From positions 1 to 34,372 of the IMG/VR virus record IMGVR_UViG_3300048851_000204: a stretch of 34,372 nt of DNA. The stretch is one strand, 5' to 3'. The notes below the pieces were generated by a model that was not told the origin of the DNA, made no database searches, and saw only the letters and a list, made by a program, of their open reading frames with translations. Shown in pieces: positions 7,615 through 17,268 of this stretch. Numbering within the stretch: the stretch's first letter is position 1; each line of letters begins with the position of its first letter. Made by a program: the position numbers and the translations under genes. Origin of the DNA: a virus (Duplodnaviria > Caudoviricetes).

Positions 7615-8207
7615 CCCGTCTGCACCGCGCTCTGGTGGTTCATGCCCCAGTAGACCGGCTCGGTAACGCCGGTGATGAAGTCGAGCCCGAGCTCGCCGGG
7701 CCAGTATTCCTTGTGCGAGGTCGGCGAGAGGGTGATGCCTTCCTCGCTTTGAAAGAAACGCTCCATGCCGCCCACGACGTCGAAGGAGACGCTGTGTTCG
7801 TTCGGCCCGATCTCCAGCGTGGCAACGTCGAGTTCGGCATCCGACAGCAGCAGCGGGGGTGAGATAACCAGTCCGGTGTAATCGTCGCGCGCGCCTAGCC
7901 ATAGCCGCACGCGCGCGCCCTGGTCGCTCGGCAGCGACATCGCCAACGCGGCCTCTGCGGAAGGCGGCAACAGCGTGAAGCTGAAGCCGGGTGCTTCGTC
8001 GCCGGTGCCGTCGCTGAAGTCGTCGATGCTCTGCAGCGAGCCGTAATCAGAATCGTCGCCGCGGAACTTCTCTCCCCCGAAGCTGATCACCGCCGAGCCG
8101 TCGAGCAAGCGCACGGACTTGGCCGAGAAGTCGATCCCGACGGCGCCGAAGATGGTTGCCCGGTCTTTGGAGAGTTCGGCGTCGAGCGCGGGTGCGAGGA
8201 TGCTCAT
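7611..8207 (-). CDS. Minor tail / hub protein
   Basis: Synteny. C-terminal H...WPGELGLDF...V.WG motif typical of tail hub proteins. Translationally coupled. Confidence 0.65.
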   Translation of the reverse strand: MSILAPALDAELSKDRATIFGAVGIDFSAKSVRLLDGSAVISFGGEKFRGDDSDYGSLQSIDDFSDGTGDEAPGFSFTLLPPSAEAALAMSLPSDQGARVRLWLGARDDYTGLVISPPLLLSDAELDVATLEIGPNEHSVSFDVVGGMERFFQSEEGITLSPTSHKEYWPGELGLDFITGVTEPVYWGMNHQSAVQTG

Positions 8208-8797
8208 GCGATCTCCTCAATCCGGAACGACAGCCCGACCGTGCCGGCCGTGTCGATCGACCACTTCCAGCCGGCTTCCATGATCCGGCCGGCGATCACC
8301 GGCTTGGCAAGGTTCACCGGGTTGCCCACGGTCACCTCCTCGCGCAGCGGCACGTCGAGTTCGATCGATCCGGATCCAGCGCCGTCGAATATCACCGGCG
8401 CGCTGGCGATGTAGAAGTACCGCCGCCCGTTGGACGTGATGGTTAGCGCTTGCCCCTCGCGAACGGCGTAGCCCGGCGTCCCACCGGTCACGGCCAACAG
8501 CCGCCCCCCTTCAGTCGCTGTAGCTGCGGTGATCGAATAGCCCGGTGCACCAATCGAGAAGCCGACCTGCGGATACTCGATAAACCCGTCTTCCTGCTTC
8601 GCGCGGATCAGCCGGACAATCCATTGCCGCCCCTCGCTTTCAACAGGCATGATGGGCATCTCGACCGTGATCGCATGCCGAGTGCCGAGACGATCCAGGC
8701 GCTGGCTGGGGCCACCGAGGAACGGCGACAAGCTGGCTTCGAAGTCCACCAACTCTGGTTCGGCCGCGCGCTGGCGAATGTGGGTCAAGTCGATCAT
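8204..8797 (-). CDS. Distal tail protein (Dit-like)
   Basis: Immediately downstream of the tape measure gene. SPFLGG..QRL.RLG.R N-terminal motif. ATGA coupling. Confidence 0.65.
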   Translation of the reverse strand: MIDLTHIRQRAAEPELVDFEASLSPFLGGPSQRLDRLGTRHAITVEMPIMPVESEGRQWIVRLIRAKQEDGFIEYPQVGFSIGAPGYSITAATATEGGRLLAVTGGTPGYAVREGQALTITSNGRRYFYIASAPVIFDGAGSGSIELDVPLREEVTVGNPVNLAKPVIAGRIMEAGWKWSIDTAGTVGLSFRIEEIA

Positions 8798-11229
8798 CGT
8801 CCCAGCCTCCGGCCCGCGTACTTCGATTGCTGGCTGTTGTTTTGCTGGATGCCAGCCTGAGTGACGCGCGATGAGCCGCTGACGATTCGGGCGTCGAGCA
8901 TCTCGTCACGCAGACGAACCTCCATCACCCCGCCGCCGGCCCGACTTCCGTCATTGTCGTTGTTCGGCACGACCTTGATATGCTCGCCGCGATTGACGCG
9001 CGCTGCCGGCTGCCCGTTGATGCTCATCAGGTTCGTGTCGATGCCGCCCGATCCAGTGACCTGAACCGTGCCGCCGCCAGCGAGGCCCGGGGGTCCGCTT
9101 CCGGCGCGAGTAAGCCCGGCGCTGACTGCCGCAGTGGAATTGCCCTTGCCGCCGAAGATCGAACCGATTCCAGCGATCAGACCGCTAAGCCCGCCGCCAC
9201 CCGAGCCGCTCTTGCCGAAGATCGACGACTCCGCTTCCTGAAGGCCGATCTTGATTATGTCGGCCATGATCTGCTTGGCGACATTGCTGAACACGTCGCC
9301 GAGGCTCTTCGAGTTGACGATCGCGTCGACCAGACCGTCATTCAGCGACTTGATGCCGTCGACCTCGATCTGCTCCAGATCCTCCTTGATCTGCCCAGCG
9401 GTGCGGTGAAGGCTCTCGCCGAACGCCTCCATCGGGCCAGCCGTGTCACGGCGGTTTGTTTCCGCGTCGTGAGCCTTCAGCACGTCGATTTGGTCGAGCC
9501 GCGCCTGGGCGATCTTTTTCTCGGCATCCGTCGAGCTGTTGAGCGCGAGCACGGACTCCAAGGCCGCACGCTGCCGGTCATATTCGATGTCCAGCAACTG
9601 GCCTTGCAGCGTGCGCCGCTCGGCTTGCGTCTTGGCTTCGCTGAGTTCGCCGCGCAGTAGATCGGCCTGGAGACCGAGCCCGGCATCCTTCGTGTCGAGC
9701 GCCTGCTTAGTCAGGTCGTCGTCACGCTTTTGATTGATGAGATCGAGTTCGAGGTTCGTGTTGAAGTTTTTCCCGATCTGAAGCCGCTTCGCTTGCGCCG
9801 GCAGCAACTCGCCGAGCTTGACCTTTGACGCTAGCTCGAGCGTGTACGCCTCTGCCTCGTTCTTGACGCGCTGCCGCTCAAACTCGGCGCGCTCTTCGAT
9901 GTCGGTCGTCAGATTGCTGCTTAGGCCGATCTCGTCGTCTTCGAGGCCTGCCATCTCGCTGTTAAATCGGTCGACCTGCTTCTCGCGATCCCGAGCCTGC
10001 TTCTCGGCAAGGCGTGCAGCCTTCTCCTGAGCGGCCTTCAGCTTGGCCGCTGCTGCCGAGGCAGAAGCATCCGATGTGCCCGCGCCGGCGCCCGGCGTCC
10101 CAGGCTTCGGAAGTCCGGCCACCCGGTCAGCAGCGCTATCAAGATGCTGGACTGCATTGCGCCTAGCGGTGAGGCGCTTGAAGTCATCATCAAGCTTTCT
10201 GTTGGCGGCATCGTCAGCGCTACCGGTGACCTGGATTAGCCCACCGAGGTAGCTCTTCCGGCCACCGCGCCCAGTCGCGCGGTCCCTCGTGTTCTGCACG
10301 ATCTGATCATCGAGATAGTTGAGCAGCGTCGCACGGCCGGACTTGCTCTTACCGAGCGCGGCGCCGGACGCCATGTCGCCGCCCTTGTAACCCTGCAGAT
10401 TCTGAAAATTGGCGTAGGCCTCTGCCGCCCGGCCAGCCTTCACGATCAGCGTTTCCAGGGCATCGGCGAGAGCCAGGATTGCCGTCGCGTTGTTTGCAAC
10501 CGCACCGGCGATGTTCGCCTCGAGGACCTGCTTCAATTCGCCAAGCTTGTCCGCAGTGTTGTCGGCATTCGCGATCTGCTCTTCGGAAAGGACGAGACCT
10601 AGCCGCTGCGCTGCATCACGAAGCCCGTCGATCGCAGCGGATCCGCTCGCGAGCAGGGTGTCGAGCTGCTGCCCCGCCTTGCCGAAGAGGGCCACCTCAA
10701 GCGCCGCACGCGCCGACGGGTCTTTCACCTTCGCCAGCGCATCCGAGATCAGGGGTATGGCGTCGCCTGCGGTCTGCGCGCTCTTTAGCACGTCCTTGCC
10801 GAGCAGGTCACTGAGTTCCTTGAACGCCGCCTTGGGCTTCTCCACACCCGCGCGGGCCTGACCCATGCTGACAGTGAGCTTGGCCAAGCCCTTGTCCATC
10901 GTCTCTTGCGAGATGCCGACTTGGGTTGCCGCGTACCGGTATTCCTGAAGATCCTTCGTCGTCACGCCCAGCTGCTGAGCAACCTCGGCAAGTGAGCTTG
11001 CATAGTCGAGCGCACGACTGGCCGCGGCCACGAGGGCGCCCACAGATAGGGCGGCGGTTAGAGCACCCATGGCCGTCTTGATGTGATCGCCTGCGGTCGA
11101 ATAGGCCTTGCTGATGAGGCCGGCATCTCGCTTCGCAGTGGCGGCTGCGCGCTTGGATCCGCTTTCGAACGCGGCCGTGTCGATGCCAAGCGTGACGCGC
11201 AGCGCGCCAATGAGGCCTCCGGTAGCCAT
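8794..11229 (-). CDS. Tail tape measure protein
   Basis: 811 aa, Ala-rich and helical. N-terminal IGALRVTLGIDTAAF. Lies downstream of the tail chaperones. Confidence 0.92.
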   Translation of the reverse strand: MATGGLIGALRVTLGIDTAAFESGSKRAAATAKRDAGLISKAYSTAGDHIKTAMGALTAALSVGALVAAASRALDYASSLAEVAQQLGVTTKDLQEYRYAATQVGISQETMDKGLAKLTVSMGQARAGVEKPKAAFKELSDLLGKDVLKSAQTAGDAIPLISDALAKVKDPSARAALEVALFGKAGQQLDTLLASGSAAIDGLRDAAQRLGLVLSEEQIANADNTADKLGELKQVLEANIAGAVANNATAILALADALETLIVKAGRAAEAYANFQNLQGYKGGDMASGAALGKSKSGRATLLNYLDDQIVQNTRDRATGRGGRKSYLGGLIQVTGSADDAANRKLDDDFKRLTARRNAVQHLDSAADRVAGLPKPGTPGAGAGTSDASASAAAAKLKAAQEKAARLAEKQARDREKQVDRFNSEMAGLEDDEIGLSSNLTTDIEERAEFERQRVKNEAEAYTLELASKVKLGELLPAQAKRLQIGKNFNTNLELDLINQKRDDDLTKQALDTKDAGLGLQADLLRGELSEAKTQAERRTLQGQLLDIEYDRQRAALESVLALNSSTDAEKKIAQARLDQIDVLKAHDAETNRRDTAGPMEAFGESLHRTAGQIKEDLEQIEVDGIKSLNDGLVDAIVNSKSLGDVFSNVAKQIMADIIKIGLQEAESSIFGKSGSGGGGLSGLIAGIGSIFGGKGNSTAAVSAGLTRAGSGPPGLAGGGTVQVTGSGGIDTNLMSINGQPAARVNRGEHIKVVPNNDNDGSRAGGGVMEVRLRDEMLDARIVSGSSRVTQAGIQQNNSQQSKYAGRRLGR

Positions 11230-11245
11230 GCTCGCCTCCTATCAA

Positions 11246-11572
11246 CTAGTTCAGTTTTCTGACGTCCATCGGAACGCCGTGCGCCTGCATCGTCAGCATT
11301 GCGTCGAGGACCACCTCAGCCTGAACCGGGGCGCTGTCCGCCGGCCCCAGGTATTCGCTGGCCGGCTTCAGCTTCTTCTGTCTCGCAAGCATCTCGCCAT
11401 ACCAAGCGGTAAGGAAGGCTTGCTCATCGACTTGTTTTGCCGCGTGGGCTCGGCCCTTCATCACCGCCACGAACGAGCGTGGCGACTGAACCCAGAATAG
11501 ATCGGGGCTCAGGTCCGCGGCGCACCACGCGACGAAGAAGGCTTCGATGCTCCACGCGGCTTTCGAGGGTTT
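11246..11572 (-). CDS. Tail assembly chaperone GT C-terminal extension (via -1 frameshift)
   Basis: The -1 frame is open from AAACCCT: PSKAAWSIEAFFVAWCAADLSPDLFWVQSPRSF...AWYGEMLARQKKLK, a typical gpT-like FW..(T/S)PR motif. Confidence 0.75.
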   Translation of the reverse strand, partial: KPSKAAWSIEAFFVAWCAADLSPDLFWVQSPRSFVAVMKGRAHAAKQVDEQAFLTAWYGEMLARQKKLKPASEYLGPADSAPVQAEVVLDAMLTMQAHGVPMDVRKLN

Positions 11573-11916
11573 GTCGGTTTGGCTTTCGGGTCCGGCGCTG
11601 CCGCGCGGGGGAACGCCGTCTCGAAAAGCTTCCCTATCGCCACGCCTATTGCGGGAGCATCACCGCCATTTGTGAGGCCGGTTGCCTGATCGATGTCGAT
11701 GTCGGCATGATGCTCTCGCAGCAGCCCCCAAACGACCCGGCTAACCAATGACGTCGGTGGGACAGCCCCGCGCGCGGTCAGCTGGCTGAGGATGGTATCG
11801 AACGGCCGCTGCGTCTCGCTCTCGATCGCATCGAGCGCGCGGAAGTTGAGGACGAGACGCAGGGCGTCGTCACCGATCTTGACGACCTCCTCATGCCGGA
11901 AGGCCTGTATCGTCAC
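11509..11916 (-). CDS. Tail assembly chaperone (gpG-like)
   Basis: L.LNFRAL..IE, VWGLLREHH and TAFP motifs. Lies between the major tail and tape measure genes. Confidence 0.8.
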   Translation of the reverse strand: MTIQAFRHEEVVKIGDDALRLVLNFRALDAIESETQRPFDTILSQLTARGAVPPTSLVSRVVWGLLREHHADIDIDQATGLTNGGDAPAIGVAIGKLFETAFPRAAAPDPKAKPTNPRKPRGASKPSSSRGAPRT

Positions 11917-12359
11917 GGGGTAACCGTTCCGGTGCCGGCCGCCTCAGCGTCGATGCCGCTCCACTTGACCGTAAGCGTCGCCATGCGCAGCTCCGACTTG
12001 GGATTCGTCCGCACATAGTTGCGGACAATCAGGCTCCCGGTAATCTCCCAGGTCCCTGCCGCAGTCGGCAAAACCATCTTGTATGGACGGCTCTTCCCGT
12101 CAACCATCGCGGCCCGGCAGGCGAGATCGCTGGGAGAACCGAGCGCGATCTTCATGACGAGGTTACTTTCGGCACCGTCCTTCAACGGGCTGCCCATGTA
12201 GGTCATGAACCCACCCTCGGTTTTGAAGTTGGTCGTGTCGAGCAGGTCACGCGTGAACGACGGAAGATCGGGAAAGTCCTCGATGTTTGCGAGCTCGATC
12301 AGCGTCGTCGGGTTCCCGATCGAGAACGTCGAGCCGAAGCCCGTGGATTCGTCAGACAT
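11913..12359 (-). CDS. Major tail (tube) protein
   Basis: AAGGAGG RBS then MSDESTGFGSTFSIG. D.TNF...F..Y...LKD and ATLTVKWSG motifs. Confidence 0.85.
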   Translation of the reverse strand: MSDESTGFGSTFSIGNPTTLIELANIEDFPDLPSFTRDLLDTTNFKTEGGFMTYMGSPLKDGAESNLVMKIALGSPSDLACRAAMVDGKSRPYKMVLPTAAGTWEITGSLIVRNYVRTNPKSELRMATLTVKWSGIDAEAAGTGTVTP

Positions 12360-12370
12360 AGATGCCTCCT

Positions 12371-12763
12371 TCAGGCCGGTGCGTAATGAAAGGTGAAGTC
12401 GATGCTGGGGCGGTAGATGAACTTGGTGTCCGTCTTCTCGCTCAGATCGCGGGAACTGAAGAAGCCACGATCGAACCGGATGCCGGCAACCGTCGCGCGC
12501 GGCGCGAGGGCCGTGATCACAGCCTCCTTGACCGCCTTGGCTTGAGCATAGGTCGCGGCCCACACGTCGATTTGCACGTACCCAGGTTGCGAGCCGTCGA
12601 ATCCGGAATAGCTCTGCACGCGTTCGTCAGTGACCGCTTGCAGCGTGATGCCGGGGAGCGCGTCAGCCTGGGGTCGCTCAATCCAAGCCACTCGTTGACC
12701 GACAAGCGCGACCACCGGAGATGCGGCAAGTAGTCTTGCGCGCAGGGCACCCTCCATATCCAT
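12371..12763 (-). CDS. Tail terminator / completion protein (DUF3168-like)
   Basis: ALRARLLA...V.ALVG.RV.W..RPQ...LP.I and VQIDVWA.TY..A motifs. Confidence 0.85.
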   Translation of the reverse strand: MDMEGALRARLLAASPVVALVGQRVAWIERPQADALPGITLQAVTDERVQSYSGFDGSQPGYVQIDVWAATYAQAKAVKEAVITALAPRATVAGIRFDRGFFSSRDLSEKTDTKFIYRPSIDFTFHYAPA

Positions 12764-12768
12764 GGTAG

Positions 12769-12942
12769 TCAGTCGTTGCCGCTATCGAGCACCACAGTGC
12801 AGGGATTGATGAGGCAGGCGAGGCGCAAGAGGAAGGTGAAGACCCAGATGCGGAATCGCGTGCGCTTCATATGGGTCACCTTGATAGTCAGGGTGACCTG
12901 GCGCGCGGTGTCGCGCATAGAAAGTGGGTAAACCGTGGCCAT
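12769..12942 (-). CDS. Small hypothetical protein (57 aa)
   Basis: Not in the ORF track. MATVYPLSMRDTARQVTLTIKVTHMKRTRFRIWVFTFLLRLACLINPCTVVLDSGND fills the gap exactly, with AAGGGA upstream. Confidence 0.6.
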   Translation of the reverse strand: MATVYPLSMRDTARQVTLTIKVTHMKRTRFRIWVFTFLLRLACLINPCTVVLDSGND

Positions 12943-12945
12943 TTT

Positions 12946-13389
12946 TTATCCCTTCGCTGCCAGCTTTGCGGCCTTTGCCGCGAGCCGCGCCCGTGACTTC
13001 TCGATCTCGCCGCCAAGCTCATCGGCGATCGTGACGAGCGCACCATCCTGCGTCTCGTCCCATGCAGGGCGGCCGAACGGCTGCGCGCCCTCCTTGAAAG
13101 TGCCGAACTCCTGCGGGATTGCGGCCGGGTCGGCGGTTCCGATGTAAATCTCGGAGGAAGACTTACCTTCCGCCTTCGCGAACTGCTGCTGCCGCTTGGT
13201 GAGCTTCGTTCCGGTCCGGATCGATATCTTCAGAGTACCGGTGAGCTTCGGCGCGCGCTTTACCATCGCAGCCTCGACCGGTGCCGCAGCCTTTTTAAGC
13301 ACCCGTCGAAGCGTCGCCTTTCCCGTCGCTTTCGGTAACTCAGCGAGGGCACGTTCGAGGTCGGCCAATCCCTCCATCTTGAACGCCAT
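12946..13389 (-). CDS. HK97 gp10-family neck/tail protein
   Basis: EGL.DLERAL.EL, AP..TGTL..SI and QEFGT....AQPF.RPAWD motifs. Confidence 0.9.
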   Translation of the reverse strand: MAFKMEGLADLERALAELPKATGKATLRRVLKKAAAPVEAAMVKRAPKLTGTLKISIRTGTKLTKRQQQFAKAEGKSSSEIYIGTADPAAIPQEFGTFKEGAQPFGRPAWDETQDGALVTIADELGGEIEKSRARLAAKAAKLAAKG

Positions 13390-13709
13390 CAGACGGCCCG
13401 AATGGCGGTGATGTCCCGCCCATCTCTGCCGAGCGGGACGTTGGATGAGATGTCCCAAATGCTACCACCGAACACGAGGCGATCGGTTACGGCGATCTTG
13501 TCGGTCGCCGGGTCTGACCGAATGCGGAAGGTAGCTGCCAAGGAGGCGCTTTCCTGTGCGGCCGCTCTACGCTCGTCCGCCCGGCCGTATATGACTGCCG
13601 CAGCTCGTTGGCAGTAGACGGCCCACTTTTTAACTTCGCCGCCGTAGTCATCCGCGCTGATGGTTGCCCGCTCGATGACGATCAGATCCCTGAGTGTCCC
13701 GGCGCGCAT
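13389..13709 (-). CDS. Head closure protein (SPP1 gp16-like)
   Basis: MRAGTLRDLIVIER....DDYGG....W. TGATG coupling. Confidence 0.9.
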   Translation of the reverse strand: MRAGTLRDLIVIERATISADDYGGEVKKWAVYCQRAAAVIYGRADERRAAAQESASLAATFRIRSDPATDKIAVTDRLVFGGSIWDISSNVPLGRDGRDITAIRAV

Positions 13710-14296
13710 CAACCGATCACCGGCATGCGATAAGGATGACAGAGGTTCGTGACGGCGCCGGATGCCTGGATGCTCACGCCAACCGCAGTCTCCTCCCGCT
13801 GGTTGTAGAGATCGCCAACCATCAGCGAGATTGCGGCCTTCAGCGAATAGGGCACATCGGCGGGCGTCGCATAGCCCGCAAGCACCGTCACAGCGACAGG
13901 GCCTCCCGACGGCCATCTGCCACCGACTGCAGGCCGGATCGTAGCAGGACGGCTCCACGCGATGACGTTGAACCCGGTGGTCGTCTGCTCCTCACCAGCC
14001 GCGTCGATGTACCGGATCGTGGTCGCGGGCGAGACCGGCAGTGGCCAAGCGTTGATGGTCCGCAGACCGCAGAACGAGGGCGCAACCTCCGTCACTTCAC
14101 GACGCGTCAGGATCAGCCCCGTGTAGTTCTCGACCCACTCACGAGCAGCGACGATCATGCCGAGGAGCATGTCGTCCTGGTCGTTGCGGACGATATCGAG
14201 GTGGCGCTTGATCTCGGCAAGCGTCACCGGCTCCCCTGTGAAACCGGGGGCAGGCGCGGAATCGTACACGCCCGCGATGATAAGCTGTGCAAGCAT
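13709..14296 (-). CDS. Head-tail connector (gp6-like)
   Basis: EPVTLAEIKRHL, I.AAREWVENYTG and VP.SLKAAI.L.V.DLY.QRE motifs. Confidence 0.9.
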   Translation of the reverse strand: MLAQLIIAGVYDSAPAPGFTGEPVTLAEIKRHLDIVRNDQDDMLLGMIVAAREWVENYTGLILTRREVTEVAPSFCGLRTINAWPLPVSPATTIRYIDAAGEEQTTTGFNVIAWSRPATIRPAVGGRWPSGGPVAVTVLAGYATPADVPYSLKAAISLMVGDLYNQREETAVGVSIQASGAVTNLCHPYRMPVIG

Positions 14297-14369
14297 CAGC
14301 GGGCTCCTTTTGCAATGTCAGTGTGGTGACGGGGTCAGGGGTGGATTACCGCCGTTAGGGGCGGGCCTA

Positions 14370-16409
14370 TCAAGGGCCGACCTTGAGGTTCGTTGTGGTC
14401 ACGCGAACGCTGTTGGTTTGATTGGCAGGGATTGACCAGTTCACCGCTACCCCGGCTGGGTTTTTCGCCCAGATATTGTTAAAGCTGCAATCCTCCAGCA
14501 CGGCGGTGATGTTGACCGCGTTCGCAACAATGTCAGCGGTCACGTTGTTGACGTTGATGTTGTTAACCGCGCCGATCCCCGGGGTGTAGGTGCCGAACGT
14601 GCCGATCTCCACGCAACGGGAGTTGGACGCTATCTGGTGAACGTTATTGATCGTGATGTGATGTAACGATGTGCCTTGAGCGCCTGACGTGAATGCGCGA
14701 ACGATGCTAGCTGAACTGGAGCCGGTCACAGTGTCGATCACGATGTTGTAGGTGTCATCGCCCAAAGGGTTGGACGCATAACCAGCCGGCAACATCGGAT
14801 AATAGGTCCCGTCAGCGAAAGGCACCGCCGCGAAGACGCACACAATGTCATCGCTCGTAGCGCCGGTAATCCGCTCGATACGCCCATTGCGACAACCGTT
14901 ACGCATATCGATGCCGTCACCGTTCGCCACGGCCGATATGAAATTCAGGTCGTGATACCAGAAGTTTTCGACGCCATGAGAGTTCGTTATCGCCCATGCG
15001 CTCGGATAATTTGATGTGAAGCCAGCCACTTCCAAACCTCGAACGTTCGCGAACTGCACATTGGACGCCCGCCAGCCGAAATCATCACCGACCCAAGGAA
15101 CTGCTGCGCCACCGCCCGGAGGTGATGCAGCATACGGGGTGGTAGACCCTTCAAGTTTCGCATTGCCGATGCCAATCAAGCGGATGTTCTGGTTGGCGTT
15201 GAGAGCCGTCACCGTATTGTTCGGATCAGCCGAGTTCGGCACGATGCCGTCGTTTCTGACCACATTGTCGAAGATGCCATCGGCACGCTTGAGCAAACAG
15301 TTGTCGAGCAGCAACGTAACATTCGTCGGTATCGTAACGGCCTGCGTTATCAGCCATGTCGACGTATATGGCGCAGAGACCGTATCGCGGCCGAGACGCA
15401 ACCGGGCGGGCTTACCAAGGGCCTTGGCAGCAGCCATTGCTGCCTGAACGCGAAGGGTCTGCGTAGCGCCGGGATAGTTGTTAGGGTTGAACTCCTGGCG
15501 CGTCTCGGTCAGCAAGAATTTCTCGTAATCCGTCATCATGCCAGACGTGGCGAACCCGCCGGGCGGCGCCTTTCTGTAAGGATGGCCTTGGCGTAGATTG
15601 TCACGCAGGCCCCAGCGCCAAGCCAGATACCCCTCAACCTGCTGTCGCTCGTTGGTGGTAAGAGCGCGGCTGAAAACGAGGATCTCTTGTATCGATCCAG
15701 GCCAAACGGTGCCATTTACGGATCCGCCTATGCGCCCGTTCGTGGCGCTTAGAGCGGGTGTTGATGCACCCCCTGCCACACCTGAACTAGCACCGTTCAC
15801 ACGAAGGCTAGCCGCGCCAGTCGTGGCGAAGAAGTTAACAATCTGATCCTGACTGGTCCAAGGGGTGGCCGTGGACACCGCATCAAAGCCGAAAAGACCG
15901 CCGCGCACAGAACCGCTGCTTATGCCCACACCGACCGACTGCGAACTTGCGGCTGCGCCATAAGAAAACACGTTCGTGCTGCCGGAAGACGTCGTATGTC
16001 CTACGACAAAGACCGTGATCGGGTTAGAGCCCGATGGGAACCCTGTTGGTGTAAACGGAAGGACATCGTCTACACCGTCGAATACAACACTTGGTCTATT
16101 GTTTCTTCCGGTAGCCGAGTATGCGGGCTGGGCTGTGGCCGTCGCCTGCGACGCCGGCGTAGCGGCAGCAGCTTTATTCGCCCATGCAGCCACATTGCCG
16201 CCATTCAGGGTGAGCGTGGTACTATCAAGCGCGTCCCACCAGCCGCAAAGGCTCGTGAGAACGCTCGGCACCCATCGAGGTGCGCTAGTATCGAGAAAGT
16301 CAGAAACGGGTAGGCTGATCTGCCCCAAGGCCCCCCGCGCCACCCCATCAACAGCCTTTCCGTTCAGCGCCGCCTCTGCCATCTCTTGAGCTTCTGGATC
16401 GAACGCCAT
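14370..16409 (-). CDS. Virion fibre / depolymerase: LamG (ConA-like) domain plus pectin-lyase-like beta-helix
   Basis: N-terminal WWDA.D..T......V..W.NK, VVFDG.DD and G.I.EILVF.RAL...ERQQVEGYLAWRWG. C-terminal Asn-rich beta-helix with NGDGID and TSDD (GH28-like). ATG at 16409 is coupled to the upstream gene. Confidence 0.7.
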   Translation of the reverse strand: MAFDPEAQEMAEAALNGKAVDGVARGALGQISLPVSDFLDTSAPRWVPSVLTSLCGWWDALDSTTLTLNGGNVAAWANKAAAATPASQATATAQPAYSATGRNNRPSVVFDGVDDVLPFTPTGFPSGSNPITVFVVGHTTSSGSTNVFSYGAAASSQSVGVGISSGSVRGGLFGFDAVSTATPWTSQDQIVNFFATTGAASLRVNGASSGVAGGASTPALSATNGRIGGSVNGTVWPGSIQEILVFSRALTTNERQQVEGYLAWRWGLRDNLRQGHPYRKAPPGGFATSGMMTDYEKFLLTETRQEFNPNNYPGATQTLRVQAAMAAAKALGKPARLRLGRDTVSAPYTSTWLITQAVTIPTNVTLLLDNCLLKRADGIFDNVVRNDGIVPNSADPNNTVTALNANQNIRLIGIGNAKLEGSTTPYAASPPGGGAAVPWVGDDFGWRASNVQFANVRGLEVAGFTSNYPSAWAITNSHGVENFWYHDLNFISAVANGDGIDMRNGCRNGRIERITGATSDDIVCVFAAVPFADGTYYPMLPAGYASNPLGDDTYNIVIDTVTGSSSASIVRAFTSGAQGTSLHHITINNVHQIASNSRCVEIGTFGTYTPGIGAVNNINVNNVTADIVANAVNITAVLEDCSFNNIWAKNPAGVAVNWSIPANQTNSVRVTTTNLKVGP

Positions 16410-17197
16410 CAGTTGTACCCCCGAATGAGAATGGTCCCGGCGCCAGCCCATTTGAGGAACCCGCCACCCTTGAGGCTGTAGAACCCCGGCGCGAGGGGGC
16501 TTGCCGATGCAGCGCCCACGACGGACGCGGTGACCGGGACATAGGTCGCGTCGTCAGCAGACCGGGTGAACGTCGCCGCGGCCGTTGCCGTCACCTGGAT
16601 TTCGACGCCCGCATAGTTGCGCATGTCGTTCGCCGTGGCGGGTGCCCATGCGGTCCATGGCTTGATGAGGGGGAGGACGTTGAGTGTTGCAGCCAGCGCG
16701 GTGACGATCGCGGCGAGAGACGTGTTGCTCGCGTCCTGCTTGGCCTCCGTAGCAGGTGCCGCGATGGTCTTTGCCAACAGCGAGGCAAGCGTTGCCTGTG
16801 TCGCTGCACCAGCCGGAAGCGGGAGTGCGTTCGCCGATACCGCGAGCGTGCCCGCCAGTGCCGTTGCAATCGCCGTCAGGAGGGTGGATGCCGCATCCTG
16901 CTTGGCTGATGATGCCGCACCGGTTGGGAGCCCCACGGTTAGCGGGCCGGCGAGCAGCGCGCGGATCAGCTCAAGCTTGGCGTCGGTTGCAGCTCCTGTG
17001 GGGAGCGTTCCGGTTCCGGGGAGCAGGGCTTCGATCGCAGCTAGGAGCGCGGGATATTCGACGGGCAGCGGCGCATCCGGGCCAACAGCCGTATCGCCCG
17101 TCGCACCCATGACGAGCCGCGACGACTGGACTTCCTCGCCAAACGCGTTGGAAATGCCAGCCAGCTTCGTGCCGGCCGGGACTGGTGTGGTCAGCAT
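16409..17197 (-). CDS. Repeat-containing head fibre-like protein
   Basis: Internal repeats LP(T/A)GAA(T/S).AKQ/L and ALAGTL.V. GAGGT RBS before MLTTPVPAG. Lies in the head module. Confidence 0.6.
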   Translation of the reverse strand: MLTTPVPAGTKLAGISNAFGEEVQSSRLVMGATGDTAVGPDAPLPVEYPALLAAIEALLPGTGTLPTGAATDAKLELIRALLAGPLTVGLPTGAASSAKQDAASTLLTAIATALAGTLAVSANALPLPAGAATQATLASLLAKTIAAPATEAKQDASNTSLAAIVTALAATLNVLPLIKPWTAWAPATANDMRNYAGVEIQVTATAAATFTRSADDATYVPVTASVVGAASASPLAPGFYSLKGGGFLKWAGAGTILIRGYN

Positions 17198-17268
17198 GTC
17201 AGCTACCTCGCTGGAAATGAGGATCAGCACCGGCCGCCAAGGGGGCGAGACGGCCGATGCTGAAGGGG

